Shown: one piece after another, positions 43,450 through 55,115 of the stretch
Layout of the letters: every line of letters begins with the position of its first letter
Numbering within the stretch: position 1 is the stretch's first letter
Origin: Pelagomonas calceolata
Taxonomy: Eukaryota
Direction of reading: 5' to 3'
Length of the DNA stretch: 64,000 bases
NCBI GenBank assembly: GCA_918797485.1
Contig: CAKKNE010000004.1
Span: 1,116,001-1,180,000 of the forward strand
Program-made: the position numbers and the translations under genes
Notes under the pieces: generated by a model
Database searches by the model: none
Told to the model about the DNA's origin: nothing
Seen by the model: only the letters and a program-made list of their open reading frames with translations

Positions 43450-46400
43450 CTACTTCGCCGGCCGCCGCCGCGTCCCCTGCGTGACGGAGGGCGCCGCCTT
43501 TCTAGTAGCACCACCAGACGACCTTTTCCGCTTCTTCTGCTTCGACGGCACGGCGGCCTGGCCTCTCGCTATTCTTTTCGCCGTCGGGTTGTGCGAGGAA
43601 AAAGTGCGATGCGGAGCAAGTTTCTCGGAATCGCGAGGCAATTCATACACTTCATCGAACTTCTTGTGCCAGCCCACGAAGTGCAAGCCGACCTTCACGG
43701 CTTTCCCCTCATCATTACGCTCGACGCTAATGACGCGCGCGTCGAACCAGCAGCCCGTCTGCCCACAGCGCGCGTCGACCTTGGCCCCTTCGACGATCGC
43801 CGCATCGGGCAACGACGAGCAGTCGAAGACGACGTCGTCCTCGCCGAAGGACGGTTCCGGGATGTCGCAGGACGCTTCGTCCGGTACCACTCCCCACTGG
43901 ACCTGGTCCGCGCACTTGAAGGACCTGCGTTGATAGACGCCGTCGATGCGACGTGAATGCCTCTGACGCGTCGCGTCGATGGCGTGTGAGCCCTACGCCG
44001 TCGCCGCGACCCGTGAAGATTGCCCTCTCTCTCTCGGGAGTGCTCGCGTCGAGGCGACCGCGTCATCCGAAACGGCTCGAAATCGAAAACGAGACCACCC
44101 AGGGCCTCGTCTGATGCATGCGAGTCGCATCGATGGCGTAAGGCCTCCGAAAAGTCACGGGACGCCGGTAAGGACGTGTTCTCGTCGATCTCGATCGACG
44201 CGTGCCAGGGCACGCGCCGCCACTTCTCGCAGAGGTCGCAGGCCACCCACCTGCTGGGCGGCTTGTCCGGTAACGCATCCGCTAAAGCGCCGTCCCCGGG
44301 GTCCTCGGACTGAGTCGTTGGACTTGATGCTGCGGACTCGATCTCGCTCTCGAGGGATCCCGTCACATTTCTCAGAGTCTTGACCACGTCCAACACGGCC
44401 GCGGCGCACGATTCTAACGCCGCGTCCAAGGACGGCGCGCCCCACCACTCGTCGACAATTGTAGCAGGGAAGAAGCACCTTGAAACATCATCAGGCCAGG
44501 GCCGATTCCTCCGGACGGGGTCCTCCAGCGCATCGGCCAGTTGTCTCTGTAGTGTGGCGTCGTAGCCCCCTCGACACGCTTCCAGGATGTCAGCCGCGTC
44601 CGGTAACAACGCGCAGCCGCGTAAATCTTTCACCGCGAGTAACCCAGCACCCAGATCCGGATCGGCCAGGGCGTCGGCGTCGTGCCATCTTATGAGAGCC
44701 TCGACCTCGGCCAGCGGGCCGTAGGTCCGCTCTTGGACCCTTAGAACGTCTTGCGGTTGCGTGCGGACGGCGTCGCTATAGAGAGGTGCCTTCGTGTCGC
44801 AGGACTTGCAGGGGAACTTGCCCACGTCGTCCCGGATGACTTCGACACCTGGAGCCGTGGCTGTCCCTCGTCGCGAGACCTTGACGAAGGTGTGGGTATG
44901 AGCTGCAAGTAACAGAGCGTCGGCGGCACATAACGCGGACTGCCTCAGTCGTAATCCAGGGTCGTCTTCTGTTTTAAGGCGCTTCGTCTTCTTCTCCTCC
45001 GCCACGGGTGGAGGCGCATCTGCCGCATAAGCGAGGAGTGCCGTTCGACACGCGAGCATCGCATCTCTACAAGTTCTACGAGTGGCATTCTCCGGTACAT
45101 GGGCGCTCCTGAGCGCTTCCCGCAACTTCAGATCAGAACAGCGTTGCGCAAAGACGGCCAGTTTCAGCAAACGTTGCCTCAAAACAGCAGCGGCTTCCTC
45201 CGACGACGCCATGCGCAGGGGCTCGCCCGTTTCTCTCGTTAACCTTTGCACGCGCCTAGCTACCGACACGGCACAAGCTAAGGATTGCACGCGCTGCTCG
45301 AGCACTAAACGAGCGCGCACGGCGGCTGCCGACCCGTTCTCGCCCTCCTTGTCTCTCCCGTAGTACCGCAGCAAGGCATAGGGCAGTTGCCCGCGCTCAA
45401 ACTCCAAAAAAGAAATCAGTTCGGCCACGTACCGTTCGAGCCAGACCGGTGGCGTGTGATCGTCGATGCAGTCGAAGAAGGCGCGCTTGAAGCCGTGTTG
45501 CTCTAACGTCTTCGTATAATCTGTGGACTGAGAAGGCAGACAAGCCCTCAACAGTAGCGCGACGGCATCCAATGGGTTATGAGCTCTCTTCAAACACTGC
45601 TGCAACTCGTCGGCCGCCACTAACTCGACGAAGCTCCCTCTGCAGGAAGGCGCGCCGCAGAGACAGATCGCCTCGCGCCTGCGCGGAGCATTTCTGTCAA
45701 AATCAAAAAAGAAACCGCCCACGTTCTCGTCTGATACACACGAGTCCCAGCAACAAAGTGAAACCACCCCAACACGCCGGGACGCCGAGCTGCGCCACTC
45801 CCTCTCGCTACTCGTACAGGCCGCGTAGTCGAACGCGAGCTCCTCGCCGGCTTTTATCGGCCGCGTCGTGTGCAGGGCCACGCCGAGATTGCCCTCCGCA
45901 TCGACTCGCACGGACGTCGCGACGTTGCCGTCGCAGTCATGGCTGAGCGAGGACGCGAAGGACGCGTTCCGGCCGCCCGCGTCGACCCATAATAAAGCGT
46001 ATCCTAAAGGATCCTGCTGGGGCCGTTCCAGGGCGATGTTGTGGAAGGCTTCGGGCGGTGGCACGGCGTCGGCGTACTGCTGGCCCAAGGCGAGTCGTCG
46101 CACTGCCTGGGTAGAGGCTAGTTTTTCTAGCCATCTATAAGGCGGGTAGACGTCCCCCAGGTAGTCGCACACATATAAATTGGCCTCCAGGGCTTTCGAC
46201 GCGACGACGGCCGTCCCTTTCGGTCTCGCCTTGAACCACGCGTCGGAACCGAGGAAGCTCGATGCGGCTAGCACCGCACCAGAAACAGCATCCTCCTTCT
46301 CGTGCCACAGTCTCCTAGCCGCATGCGTCAGGAAGGACGGCGTCCGTTCTTTCTCCGACAAATCTCGTAGATAAGGAGCTAGAGATTTACGAGCGGCATC

Positions 46401-48581
46401 CTTACCACCCTCGACGCCACACCACTCGCACGACAGCTGTACTGTGCGTCTACAATAACAATCTAGACCTAAACCAGGGACCTCCTGCACATCTACACCA
46501 AGTACGAGCGGATCATACTGCTCATTCACTTCGCCACACACGCGCGCAACGACGGCCGTGCACAACCGATCCGACACTCCATTAATAACCACGCGCGCAT
46601 GACTTTCGTCCTGCTGCACGGCCCGCTCCAAGCGCCACTTCTCGCCGATCGCGTCGTCGTCGACGGCGTAGGCGGCCGCCACTAAACCTGGTTCGGTAGA
46701 GACTTTCAGCAACCGCTGCGCTGTGGCTATTTCCCTTTCATCAGCCCCGGGGAAGGGTATATAGGTAGATAAAGTCTCGTAGGACCTCAACGGCTCGTGG
46801 AGGATGTGGGGCTTGTGCGCCGTGCGGGCCACGGGCTGGTGCAAGGCGTCTCCCAAAGCTTTGGTCGCGAAGGTCTTCATCGCCTCGTGACCCGCTTCAT
46901 AATGCGCTAGATCTCTACGTTTTTCGAAGTCTTCACTCACTGTAGTTTCTAGTATTGTCTCCAGATCTTGTGAAGCTCGGGCCCAGTCACACAATGCCAC
47001 CGTGACGCCGATGCCGTGCCGCTCGTTCCGGTCGACCCTACCGCCTTTGCGCGCGGCGTTCTGGGCGGCAACGCGCGCCGCTTCAATTCTCAGTTTCTCG
47101 GGGCGGTCGTAATATTTTCGTCGCGCTTTCTCGGCCAACTTTTCGATCTGCGGGGCCTTGTCTCCCGCGAGCAACGCGGCCTCGTCCAACGCTCGCGCCA
47201 GAGCTTCGGCCGTGTCTTGCCCCTGGCACGTGGACAGCTTCTCTTCCGATGCTTTGGTCGGGTCGCGCTTCGACCTTCGTAAAGGTGCGGCGGGGTCCCT
47301 CGTCGGTCGTTTCCGCTTCGGGGCCTTCTTCTTCGGCGGTTGTACCTCGACGGCCGGCGCGCTCGCCGCGGGCGCTCCCGCGGGCGTCGCGAGGCCGACG
47401 GACGCTGCGACCGGCGGCGGCTTGGGCGGCTTGGGCTTGGGCGCGGTCCAACCGGGCACACCGCCCACAATAAGATCGGGGTAGTAGGCGCGCGCGACGG
47501 CCGGCAGGCCCGCGTAGGCAACGTCGTCGCCCGGCTTGTAATATCTGGGCGTGCCCGTGATCGGACCCATCGGAGTCACCTTGCGCTTCATCGTCCAGCC
47601 GTCGCGCGCCATGCGTCTTTCTAGTTCCGCCTTGTCGGTGACGGCGCTCCGCGGGCTTCGCGGCTTCGCGGCCGGCGCCGGGCCCGGCGCCGGGGCGCGC
47701 TCGGGCCGCGTCTGCGCGGGCGCCGCCGCCGGCGCGGGCGCCGCGGCCGCCGCGGCCGGCGGCGGGCTCGGGCGCCGCGGCTTAGGTTTCGACGCCTTCG
47801 CCGCGGGCTTGCGCGCGGCCCGCGCCGCCTGGACCGCCCGCGCGACCTGCTGTTCGTCGAAGACGGCTTTCAGGGATGCCTCGACCTCGTATTCTTCGAG
47901 GTCCTCCTCGTCGCCCGCGAGTTCGCCGTTTCTGTACGCGACGTGGAAGAGCGCCGCGGGTCGGTTGGCGGCGTCGAGGAAGTCGGACTCCGCGGCCGAG
48001 AGCCAGCCCACTACTCTGCCCTCGCTGTAGGCCGGGCCGCCCTCGACCAGTCTCACAATCTCGCGGCCGACGAGCGGGTGGCCCGCCGTGCGCCACGCCG
48101 GTGCCGGCGCGTCGACGTCCATCGCCGCCGGCGCCGGGGGCGCGGGCGGTGCCGCGGCTGCCACGTAGTCGGCAATAGACGCGGGCGGCACCGCCGCCGC
48201 TACGACGACGGTGGGCGGTGCCGCGGCCGGGGCCCGGGCGGCCGGCGCGGCGGGCGCCGCGGGGGGCGCGGTCATCGTGGCCGCGGGCGGCGGCGTGCTC
48301 GCGGGCGGCGGCGCCTTTGGCACTTCGGGCGCCTCGGCCGGCGCCGCAGCCGCGGGCGGCGCGGGCGGCTCGTTCGCGGCCGGCGGCGACGCGGCGAGGG
48401 CGGGCGCCGCGGGCGGCGACGGCTTCCTGAAGAAGCTGTCGAGCGTCGCCTGCCTCGCGGCGCCGCCCGGCGCCGGCGCCGCGTCGGCTGGCGGTTGCGT
48501 CACGGGTGCGGCGCATGCATTGGAAGCTGCGGGTGGTTCGGCAGCCGGCGTTGTCGCGGGCACAGGAGGCGTCGCTTCCAT
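43450..48581 (-). CDS. ATXR3/SDG2-like SET-domain histone methyltransferase with CW zinc finger and Tudor-knot/chromo-barrel; introns 45679-45795 and 43925-44175
   Basis: YLGDVYPPYRWLEK, FHNIALERPQQDPLGY..LWVDA, SHDCDGN, GEELAFDY, CLCGAPSCRGS; WVACDLCEKWRRVP..FKC..SCDIPE; WFDARV..LHFVGWHKKFDE. Confidence 0.85.
43925..44175 (-). mobile_element. Introner family B intron
   Basis: TSD GTCCTTAC/GTCCTTCA then CGGCGTCCCG...AACGCAG; removal restores the CW finger ENTSFKC. Confidence 0.85.
45679..45795 (-). mobile_element. Introner family B intron, GC-AG, in frame (117 nt)
   Basis: GCGCAGCT + CGGCGTCCCG...GTGGGCGGTTTCTTTTTTGATTTTGA...CGCAG; removal gives EWREAICLCG (post-SET). Confidence 0.8.
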
Positions 48582-49101
48582 CTGTTCGCTGCTGCGGTTT
48601 CGCGCGGCTGCTTAGTTTTGGCGCCTAGAGCAGCTTATGAATGCGCCGCGGCGGCGTTTTCACAGCCAGTCGTGGAAATGTGGCTCGTGGCAAAGCGTGG
48701 ACGTCTACTGGACGTCTCTGCTTCGTCTAATGAACCAAAAAACGGGGCGTCTCTCACAAGTCAAATTGCCTGGGTTCGGGTTCTCTTGAGTCGTTTTTGA
48801 GTTGGAGCTTGTCCACTGCCCAATTTGTAGACGTGTGCGGACGCTTGCTTTGCACCATGGACGTGTCCGCAGTAACAAAAACCCGTTTTCTCGACGCAAA
48901 AACGCGGACCTGAAACGCGGCGCAAAAAAACACGGCGCGCGACACTTAGAACTGCCTACCGGCACGCGCGGACAAGCTCCGTGACCCATATTTCACCGCT
49001 GCGAATTGCGGTAGCGGCCGGCACCGGCGGCAAGCGGCGCGCCCCGCCAAGACGTGATCGACGCAGCGCGACGCAAAACGACTTAAAAAGCAGCGCGCGC
49101 C

Positions 49102-49799
49102 ATGGAGTGCACCCTCGCGCTCGTGGGCGACGGCTACACCCTCGTCGCCGCCGACCGCAACGCCGCGCGGTCCATCATCTGCTTCAAGAAAGACGAGGAC
49201 AAGGTTACGGTACTGGACAGCCACAAGATCATGGGCAGTTCCGGCGCGCGCTCCGCGTCTTGAAGTGTCGCGGTGCCTTCGACGCGACTCGTCTCCAGGA
49301 ATGATGGAAGTGGGTGGTTTCTTGGTCGATGTCGAGGCCATTCTTCGGACACGCAGGCGCGCAAGCGGACACGGTTTGTTTTACGGAGTACGTCCAGAAG
49401 AACATGGCCTTGTACGAGATCAGCAATGGCTTGAAATTAAGTACGCCGGCTGCGGCCTCCTTCGTGCGCAACGAGCTCGCCGTCGCTCTACGAAAAGGAC
49501 CGTACCAAACCAATTTGCTGCTAGGAGGCTACGACGAGGAACACGGCGCCACATTGTACTACCTGGACTACTTAGCTTCGTCGAACAAGGTGAACTACGG
49601 CTGCCACGGCTACGTTTCTTCGTTCGTCCTTTCGATCTTCGACCGGGAGTGGACGCCGGGCATGACCGAAGCGCAAGGGTTGGAGCTCCTCAAGAAGTGC
49701 ATCGACGAGATCCAGGTCCGCTTCTTAGTACACATGCCGGAGTTCACGGTGAAGATCGTCGACAAGGACGGCGTGCGGGTCCTGCCGCAGCCGAAGTAG
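49102..49799 (+). CDS. PSMB2: 20S proteasome subunit beta-4 (PSMB2/PRE1); GC-AG intron 49244-49356
   Basis: MECTLALVGDGY...KEDEDK...SGAQADTVCFTEYVQKN...PYQTNLLLGGYD...LYYLDYL. Confidence 0.92.
49244..49356 (+). mobile_element. Introner family B-related intron, GC-AG
   Basis: TSD GCGCGCGC/GCGCGCAA; core shared with 39827-39912. Confidence 0.8.
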
Positions 49800-50012
49800 A
49801 TAGTAGAGATAACTTAGTTCGTTTAGTAGCCTCTCTGTCGTCGTCACGGTTGCGCAAGTTGCACCACTACACTTACCACTACGCCGCCCTCCGGTCGACG
49901 TATCGGAACTTGAAACTTGCGAGCCAAGGAAATCTCGAGAGCGCGAGGAAGTTCACGACGCCCCCGCCCCCCACGCCGCCGCCGCGACGTCGGTATATAT
50001 ATAACACTATAC

Positions 50013-50350
50013 TTAGGAGGACACCACGTTCTGGCATATCCCGGGCGGCGCCGACTTGCCGCTGCCCTCGCCCTCGTAGATGGGACAGAGCAAGGGGTGC
50101 CACTGGTGCATCCACGTGCAGAGCCACAACAACCAGCAGCAGAAGCCCGCGAGAGGGTAGAGGACGAGCGCGATGGACGTGTCGTCTTTGCTGCAGACCT
50201 GCGTGATGTGTGTTGATGGAGCGCGCGGCGGCCGCGAGACGCCGGCGGACGCGCCCCGAGGCAGCGCAGGAAGAGCTGCATGACGCAGAAGGCCGCGACG
50301 ATGGCCATGAAGATTAGGGTCGTGTGGACGATGGGCTCGGGGATCCCCAT
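50013..50350 (-). CDS. V-type ATPase V0 subunit e; GC-AG intron 50199-50254
   Basis: Two TM segments; CCWLLWLCTWMHQWHPLLCP signature. Confidence 0.8.
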
Positions 50351-50528
50351 CGTCGTGCGCCGATCGGGTGGTCACAGAGGCAGGCGCCTGCTACAGCGCG
50401 GCGACGCAGCGGCGGGCGTCGGGCGGGCGCAGCGCACGCGCAGCGATGCGAAACGAACACCTTGCTGCAACCGCGCGAGGACGTCCGCCGACAGCCAAAA
50501 AGCGTTTTTGTCGAGGCTGTCGAGCCGG

Positions 50529-50552
50529 GCTAGTGTCTTACATGGCGCTAGC
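50529..50552 (+). promoter_or_regulatory. Bipartite motif B, perfect copy
   Basis: GCTAGTGTCTTACATGGCGCTAGC between the divergent V-ATPase e and NmrA-like genes. Confidence 0.55.
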
Positions 50553-50683
50553 TCGGATTTCCTAATTCGTAATTCGGGCCTGCCAGACAGCTTAGTGGCA
50601 ACGCTTTTTGGCTGGAGGACTGGAGACGCGGCATCCGACGCCACAGCAGCCGCTGCGAACAAGTGCTCTGCCCAGGACCGCTC

Positions 50684-51955
50684 ATGCGGACACTACTGGT
50701 AGCCGGGCTGCTCTGGCCCGCCATCAAAGCGGCGCGTCAGCCGACCGTGGTGGTGGCAGGCGCGACGGGCACCGTCGGAAGGGAGCTAGTGCGCATTCTG
50801 CGAAGGCAGGACGTGCCGACGATCGCACTGGGGAGAGACGTCTTGCGGGCGAAGCGCATTCTGGGCATCAATGCGTGTTGTAGGGAGGTCGACCTCGGTG
50901 ATGCCGAATCCATAAAAGCGGCGCTGCCTGTTGATGAGCCCTTCCGTTTATTTGTCGCGACGCCGAACGGGCCCGACCAGTTCCAGCTCGAAAAAACATT
51001 ATTTGATGTCTGTGCCGCCACGAACCGCTGCGAGCACGCCGTCAAGGTGTCTACCGCCACGCCAGTCCTCGAGGCGCGCGTCGGGCCCTTCGACGCGCAT
51101 ACGAGAGCCGAGGCTTTGCTGGCTGATTCATTGTCGCACACGATCCTGAGGCCGTCGCTCTACGCCCAGACCGTCTTTAGTGAGCACGGGCCGCTGGGGT
51201 TGCCGAGTGGTGCCGGCGACGGGCAGCACGTGCTCGCGGACGCCCCTGTGGCTTATGTGAGTGCGGTCGACGTCGCGGCCGTCGCAGCTAGAGCGCTGGT
51301 GTCCGACGACGTCTCGAGAAATGCGAAAATGCTGGACCTCACGGGGCCCGCGGCGACGACGATTTCCGAAGTGGTACAACAGGCGGGCGGCAATGTTGTG
51401 TCGTGTACCTCGACGCTGCCGGCGGACTTTTTGAGGGTCCTCGCCACACAACTATCGAAAGTTTCGCATGACACGGAACGGGCGCTCGGTTTCGAACCCA
51501 CGGCCGCCTCCGATTTCTTCGAGAGGGAGCTCCGGCGCCGCGCTCTAGACTGCGGCAAGAACGGCGCGATCGCGTACAACGGCCGCGCGGTCTACACGGC
51601 CAACTACCGCTCCTCCCTGCCCTTCGACGAAGTCCGACGGAAGTCCCGGGGCCTCGGATTGAGGTGCCGCGAGGACTACGAGGAGCTCGGGGTGCCGAAA
51701 TACGCACCATCAAGACCGGAGGACATGTTCCCCGACCGGTGGCTGGGCTGGGACGACTACCTCGGGGTGCGGCGGCCTTATGATGAGGGACGGCGCGTCG
51801 CACAAACACTAGGCATCTCGTCCGAATTGCGCTGGTACACGTACGCGCTGGATCGGCCCGCGGTGCTCGAGGACCTGCGGCTGCCCTTCCGGCCGCCCCA
51901 GGCCTACGGTGATGAGTGGCGCGGCTGGGGGGACTGGCTCGGGACGAGTGTGTAA
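50684..51955 (+). CDS. NmrA-like NAD(P)-binding protein with a C-terminal duplicated W.GW.D.LG repeat domain
   Basis: VVAGATGTVG, TILRP, VSAVDVAAVAA, LDLTGP; C-terminal PEDMFPDRWLGWDDYLG and PPQAYGDEWRGWGDWLG. Confidence 0.7.
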   Translation: MRTLLVAGLLWPAIKAARQPTVVVAGATGTVGRELVRILRRQDVPTIALGRDVLRAKRILGINACCREVDLGDAESIKAALPVDEPFRLFVATPNGPDQFQLEKTLFDVCAATNRCEHAVKVSTATPVLEARVGPFDAHTRAEALLADSLSHTILRPSLYAQTVFSEHGPLGLPSGAGDGQHVLADAPVAYVSAVDVAAVAARALVSDDVSRNAKMLDLTGPAATTISEVVQQAGGNVVSCTSTLPADFLRVLATQLSKVSHDTERALGFEPTAASDFFERELRRRALDCGKNGAIAYNGRAVYTANYRSSLPFDEVRRKSRGLGLRCREDYEELGVPKYAPSRPEDMFPDRWLGWDDYLGVRRPYDEGRRVAQTLGISSELRWYTYALDRPAVLEDLRLPFRPPQAYGDEWRGWGDWLGTSV

Positions 51956-52213
51956 TCATATCGCGTTGTGTTTATGTCTGTTCCGGCGCTAGGGCGAGTG
52001 GGCGGAGTCCGCCCTGGTGCTCTCCGTCGCAGCATTGAGGTCGCCGTTGGGTAACGCGTGGACATCTGCGTGGACGCTAGCGTCCGAGACTCCGAGTCGC
52101 GCGAGCGGCCCGACAGGTCCAGCGCGGCCGCGTCGGCGCGCGCGTCCTGGTGCCACGGACATCTTCACGGTATAAATGACGCCCCCGCCGAAGCCTAGCA
52201 ACTACTCACACTC

Positions 52214-54766
52214 TTAGGACCGCGTCGTGCCCATGGTCCGCGACGCCGTCGTGACCTTGGCGTACAAGTCCCGGATCGTCTCGTACTGGGGATCTTTGAT
52301 AGCTTCGGGCCGCCCCAAGAAGTCGCCCCAGCCGACCTGGAAGCGCGATGACGACCACGTCTTCCAGTCCGCAGTTGTTGCTTGGGGATGTAACTTCTCA
52401 AACGGTTGTTGTTCATCGTGCAGCAACCCAGACGCACCCAAAATATCAGGCACTGTCGGGGGAGGCGCCTTGCCCTTCGTCGACCGTACCAGGTGGACAT
52501 GAGCTAAGCCCATGTTTTTTACGTTGGCCGTCGTCATGTTCCTGTCATACCTGTACAGCGTCTCGAACCACATGGCCGCCTCGTAGAGATAGGTCGCATC
52601 ATGCACATCGTCCCTCAGAACGCTCTCCAACACATACGCGGCTCTGTCGGCAATATGGGTAAAGAATTCTCGTTGAATAGTCCACTCCCACGTCTCCTCC
52701 GAGTTATGATTCTCATCAAGGGGTAGTCTCCTCATCTCGTTCAACGCCGTCGCCCAGGCCTGTCTCGATTCGAGGACGTACGCCTCGAGCGATGGGGGGC
52801 GCTCCTTCCTGGACAAGACTGATACAAGTCCATAAGGCACGAACTCGTACCTCTGTTTATACTCTGTATCTGGGAAGCTCAAAGTACCTCCCAAGAAAAT
52901 CCCGCCCGTTCGTCGCTCGTAGTTCGCGTCGAAGAACTGCCCTATGGAGTAGCCCGAAGACTTTTGTGGATCGCGGCTGTAGTGCGTTCCCGGAAAAACC
53001 ACATTGTCATATAGTTCACGTTTAGAGTGCCACCAGCCGTACGTCGTCATCGCCAGGTTGATCGTCGTAATGTCCGTCCTAAAATGTTCGCACTGCTGCA
53101 CATATCTGATGGACGTCCATTGCTGGTCGTAATTGATGAGCAAAAGTGCATTTTGCGGCAGGGGTTTCAATAAAGCGCGCGCGTAGTCGCCGAAAAAGTG
53201 GGCCGGGTGGGCCGTATGCAACCCGAGGCTTCTTGAGTAAAGACCGCCGGGCGCTCCCGGTGATAATCCGGAAGGTTCGAGGCCGACGCGTATTTGTAGC
53301 GCTATGAGGACAACGACCAATGGAACGCTCTTTCGGCCACATATTCTCACGAGGCCCTCCAAACCAAGACCCGCGAAGCAACATAGCGCGAGGTGAGGCT
53401 GCATCCAAAACCGCGCGTGAATGCCGTACAGCAGCGGATCTGACAGAGGTAAATTCGATAAAGCATGAAAAGCCAAGAGGTAGAAGGATAAAGCACCCAA
53501 AAGTAGTGCGAGACTCTCGCGGCAGCCCCGCGCCGCGACCCTTATCGATTTTTTTGTCCCTTTCTCGGCGCGCCTTTGTTGGTTGTACTCCTGGACGCGC
53601 GCTCGTCGTCTAGCCTTGGCGGACCTTTTGCCGCCGCCCTGCGACGACGCGTCGTCGCAATATTCGGGAAGGGGTGGTGGTACGTACAGGAGTAGACAGG
53701 CACCGATCACAGCCAGGACCGGTAAGGCATACGGTAGAGGGCCCTGTACTGTAGCAATAGATGTATACCACGCCTGAATACGTTCCATTAGGGATTCGCC
53801 GGACCCGACCCGCCCCGAATACAAGCGCAACGTCCCGTAGTCTCGCCTCAAGAAGTGATGCACGAAGCCTCGGACCGAGCGGATCTGGCCCCAGCCGCCC
53901 TGTTTAGGTTTTGATAAAGGGAGGTAGGCGTAGGGGCTCAATCCTGTGAGGCCATACAAACCGAGAACGATGACTTCCCGCGGTCTCTTTTTTAGTGTTG
54001 ATGATGCTATTGACAAAGCGCGCGCTCCTAATGGTACAACAAAGAGCACCGCGGTGTGCTGGTTCGATAAAGCGAGTCCTGTTAATAACGATGCGATGCG
54101 TAGATCTTTGATCTTCCGCAGTCTAGCGTAGAGTAGAGCGCGATGTACTAGTAGTGCAACTAATAAATTGTTCAAAGCAAAGACCTCGGAAGTGCAATGG
54201 TACTGCCAGACTAATGGACTAAAAGCGAAGAGGTAGCCCGCTGATGCGCCAGTGATCGAGCGGCCGCACTGGCCGCCGCACCGTAACGCTTCCCTCGTGA
54301 TCGCGCATACGACTGATGATGCTCCCGCACCTAGCATGGCCGTGAATAGGTTCGCCCACATGGCCGGACTGAGGTACGCCGGCATGTACGTTAACGGAAT
54401 GTGATACAGTAAGGTGAACAGGGGGTATCCTGGTGGATGAGCTGTCCCGAGCGAACAGGATTCTGCGAGTAATTCGCCGGAATCGCCGCCCGCTACTGAC
54501 GGTGCCGTCGTCAAAGCGTAGAGCGCAAAAACACTAACAAACACGTACCACTCCACCTCCCAGGCGTCGTCCGCGCGCTCCTCCGCTTCTATACGTTTTT
54601 TTTCCTCGGCCTCGTGCCGCTGCTGCATTTTAGCGACTTCGCGCGCGGACTGGAAACCGGTTAAACCAGCGAAGCGCTTCACCTCGAACTCCTCGGCCCG
54701 GCGCTCGAATTTTAGCGCCGCGGCCGTGGCGGAGCCGGCCTCGGAGGGGGCGGACATGGCGTCCAT
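52214..54766 (-). CDS. TMEM260: TMEM260/DUF2723-type protein O-mannosyltransferase
   Basis: SVAGGDSGEL, GTAHPPGYPLFT, EVFALNN, LSNQHT, HFLRRDYGTLRL, RFWMQP. Confidence 0.88.
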   Translation of the reverse strand: MDAMSAPSEAGSATAAALKFERRAEEFEVKRFAGLTGFQSAREVAKMQQRHEAEEKKRIEAEERADDAWEVEWYVFVSVFALYALTTAPSVAGGDSGELLAESCSLGTAHPPGYPLFTLLYHIPLTYMPAYLSPAMWANLFTAMLGAGASSVVCAITREALRCGGQCGRSITGASAGYLFAFSPLVWQYHCTSEVFALNNLLVALLVHRALLYARLRKIKDLRIASLLTGLALSNQHTAVLFVVPLGARALSIASSTLKKRPREVIVLGLYGLTGLSPYAYLPLSKPKQGGWGQIRSVRGFVHHFLRRDYGTLRLYSGRVGSGESLMERIQAWYTSIATVQGPLPYALPVLAVIGACLLLYVPPPLPEYCDDASSQGGGKRSAKARRRARVQEYNQQRRAEKGTKKSIRVAARGCRESLALLLGALSFYLLAFHALSNLPLSDPLLYGIHARFWMQPHLALCCFAGLGLEGLVRICGRKSVPLVVVLIALQIRVGLEPSGLSPGAPGGLYSRSLGLHTAHPAHFFGDYARALLKPLPQNALLLINYDQQWTSIRYVQQCEHFRTDITTINLAMTTYGWWHSKRELYDNVVFPGTHYSRDPQKSSGYSIGQFFDANYERRTGGIFLGGTLSFPDTEYKQRYEFVPYGLVSVLSRKERPPSLEAYVLESRQAWATALNEMRRLPLDENHNSEETWEWTIQREFFTHIADRAAYVLESVLRDDVHDATYLYEAAMWFETLYRYDRNMTTANVKNMGLAHVHLVRSTKGKAPPPTVPDILGASGLLHDEQQPFEKLHPQATTADWKTWSSSRFQVGWGDFLGRPEAIKDPQYETIRDLYAKVTTASRTMGTTRS

Positions 54767-55115
54767 GGTGTTGGGCTGCCCGACCGCGCGCGCGGGGCGG
54801 CGCTGGCCTTTTGGCGATCGATGCGTGCGCGTACGTGCCTTCGCGCGCCGCCGAGGCTGCCTCGATGGGCGTCGGCTTTTACGGTGCTAGTGTGTAACAC
54901 GACGCTAGCTGTCTCACGCTCGCGCACACGCCTGAGCGCCGCGCAACGCACCGCGCTACGGCTGGACGCGCGCAGCAGTCCTTAGGACAAATACAAAAGC
55001 CAGCGCGTGCAATTCCGGGCGTCGCCGGGCGCCGCAAGAAAGCTTTGCGCATAGCTGCTCTCGGCAGCCCCCCGCGCGCGGGCGTCAACGCCGCCGCGGC
55101 ACCAGCAACGCAAGC

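Noticed and set aside
43695..44175. C-terminal ~160 aa of the 1628-aa ORF as real protein
   Set aside because: Read-through of an introner followed by the wrong frame; splicing restores the CW finger and Tudor-knot
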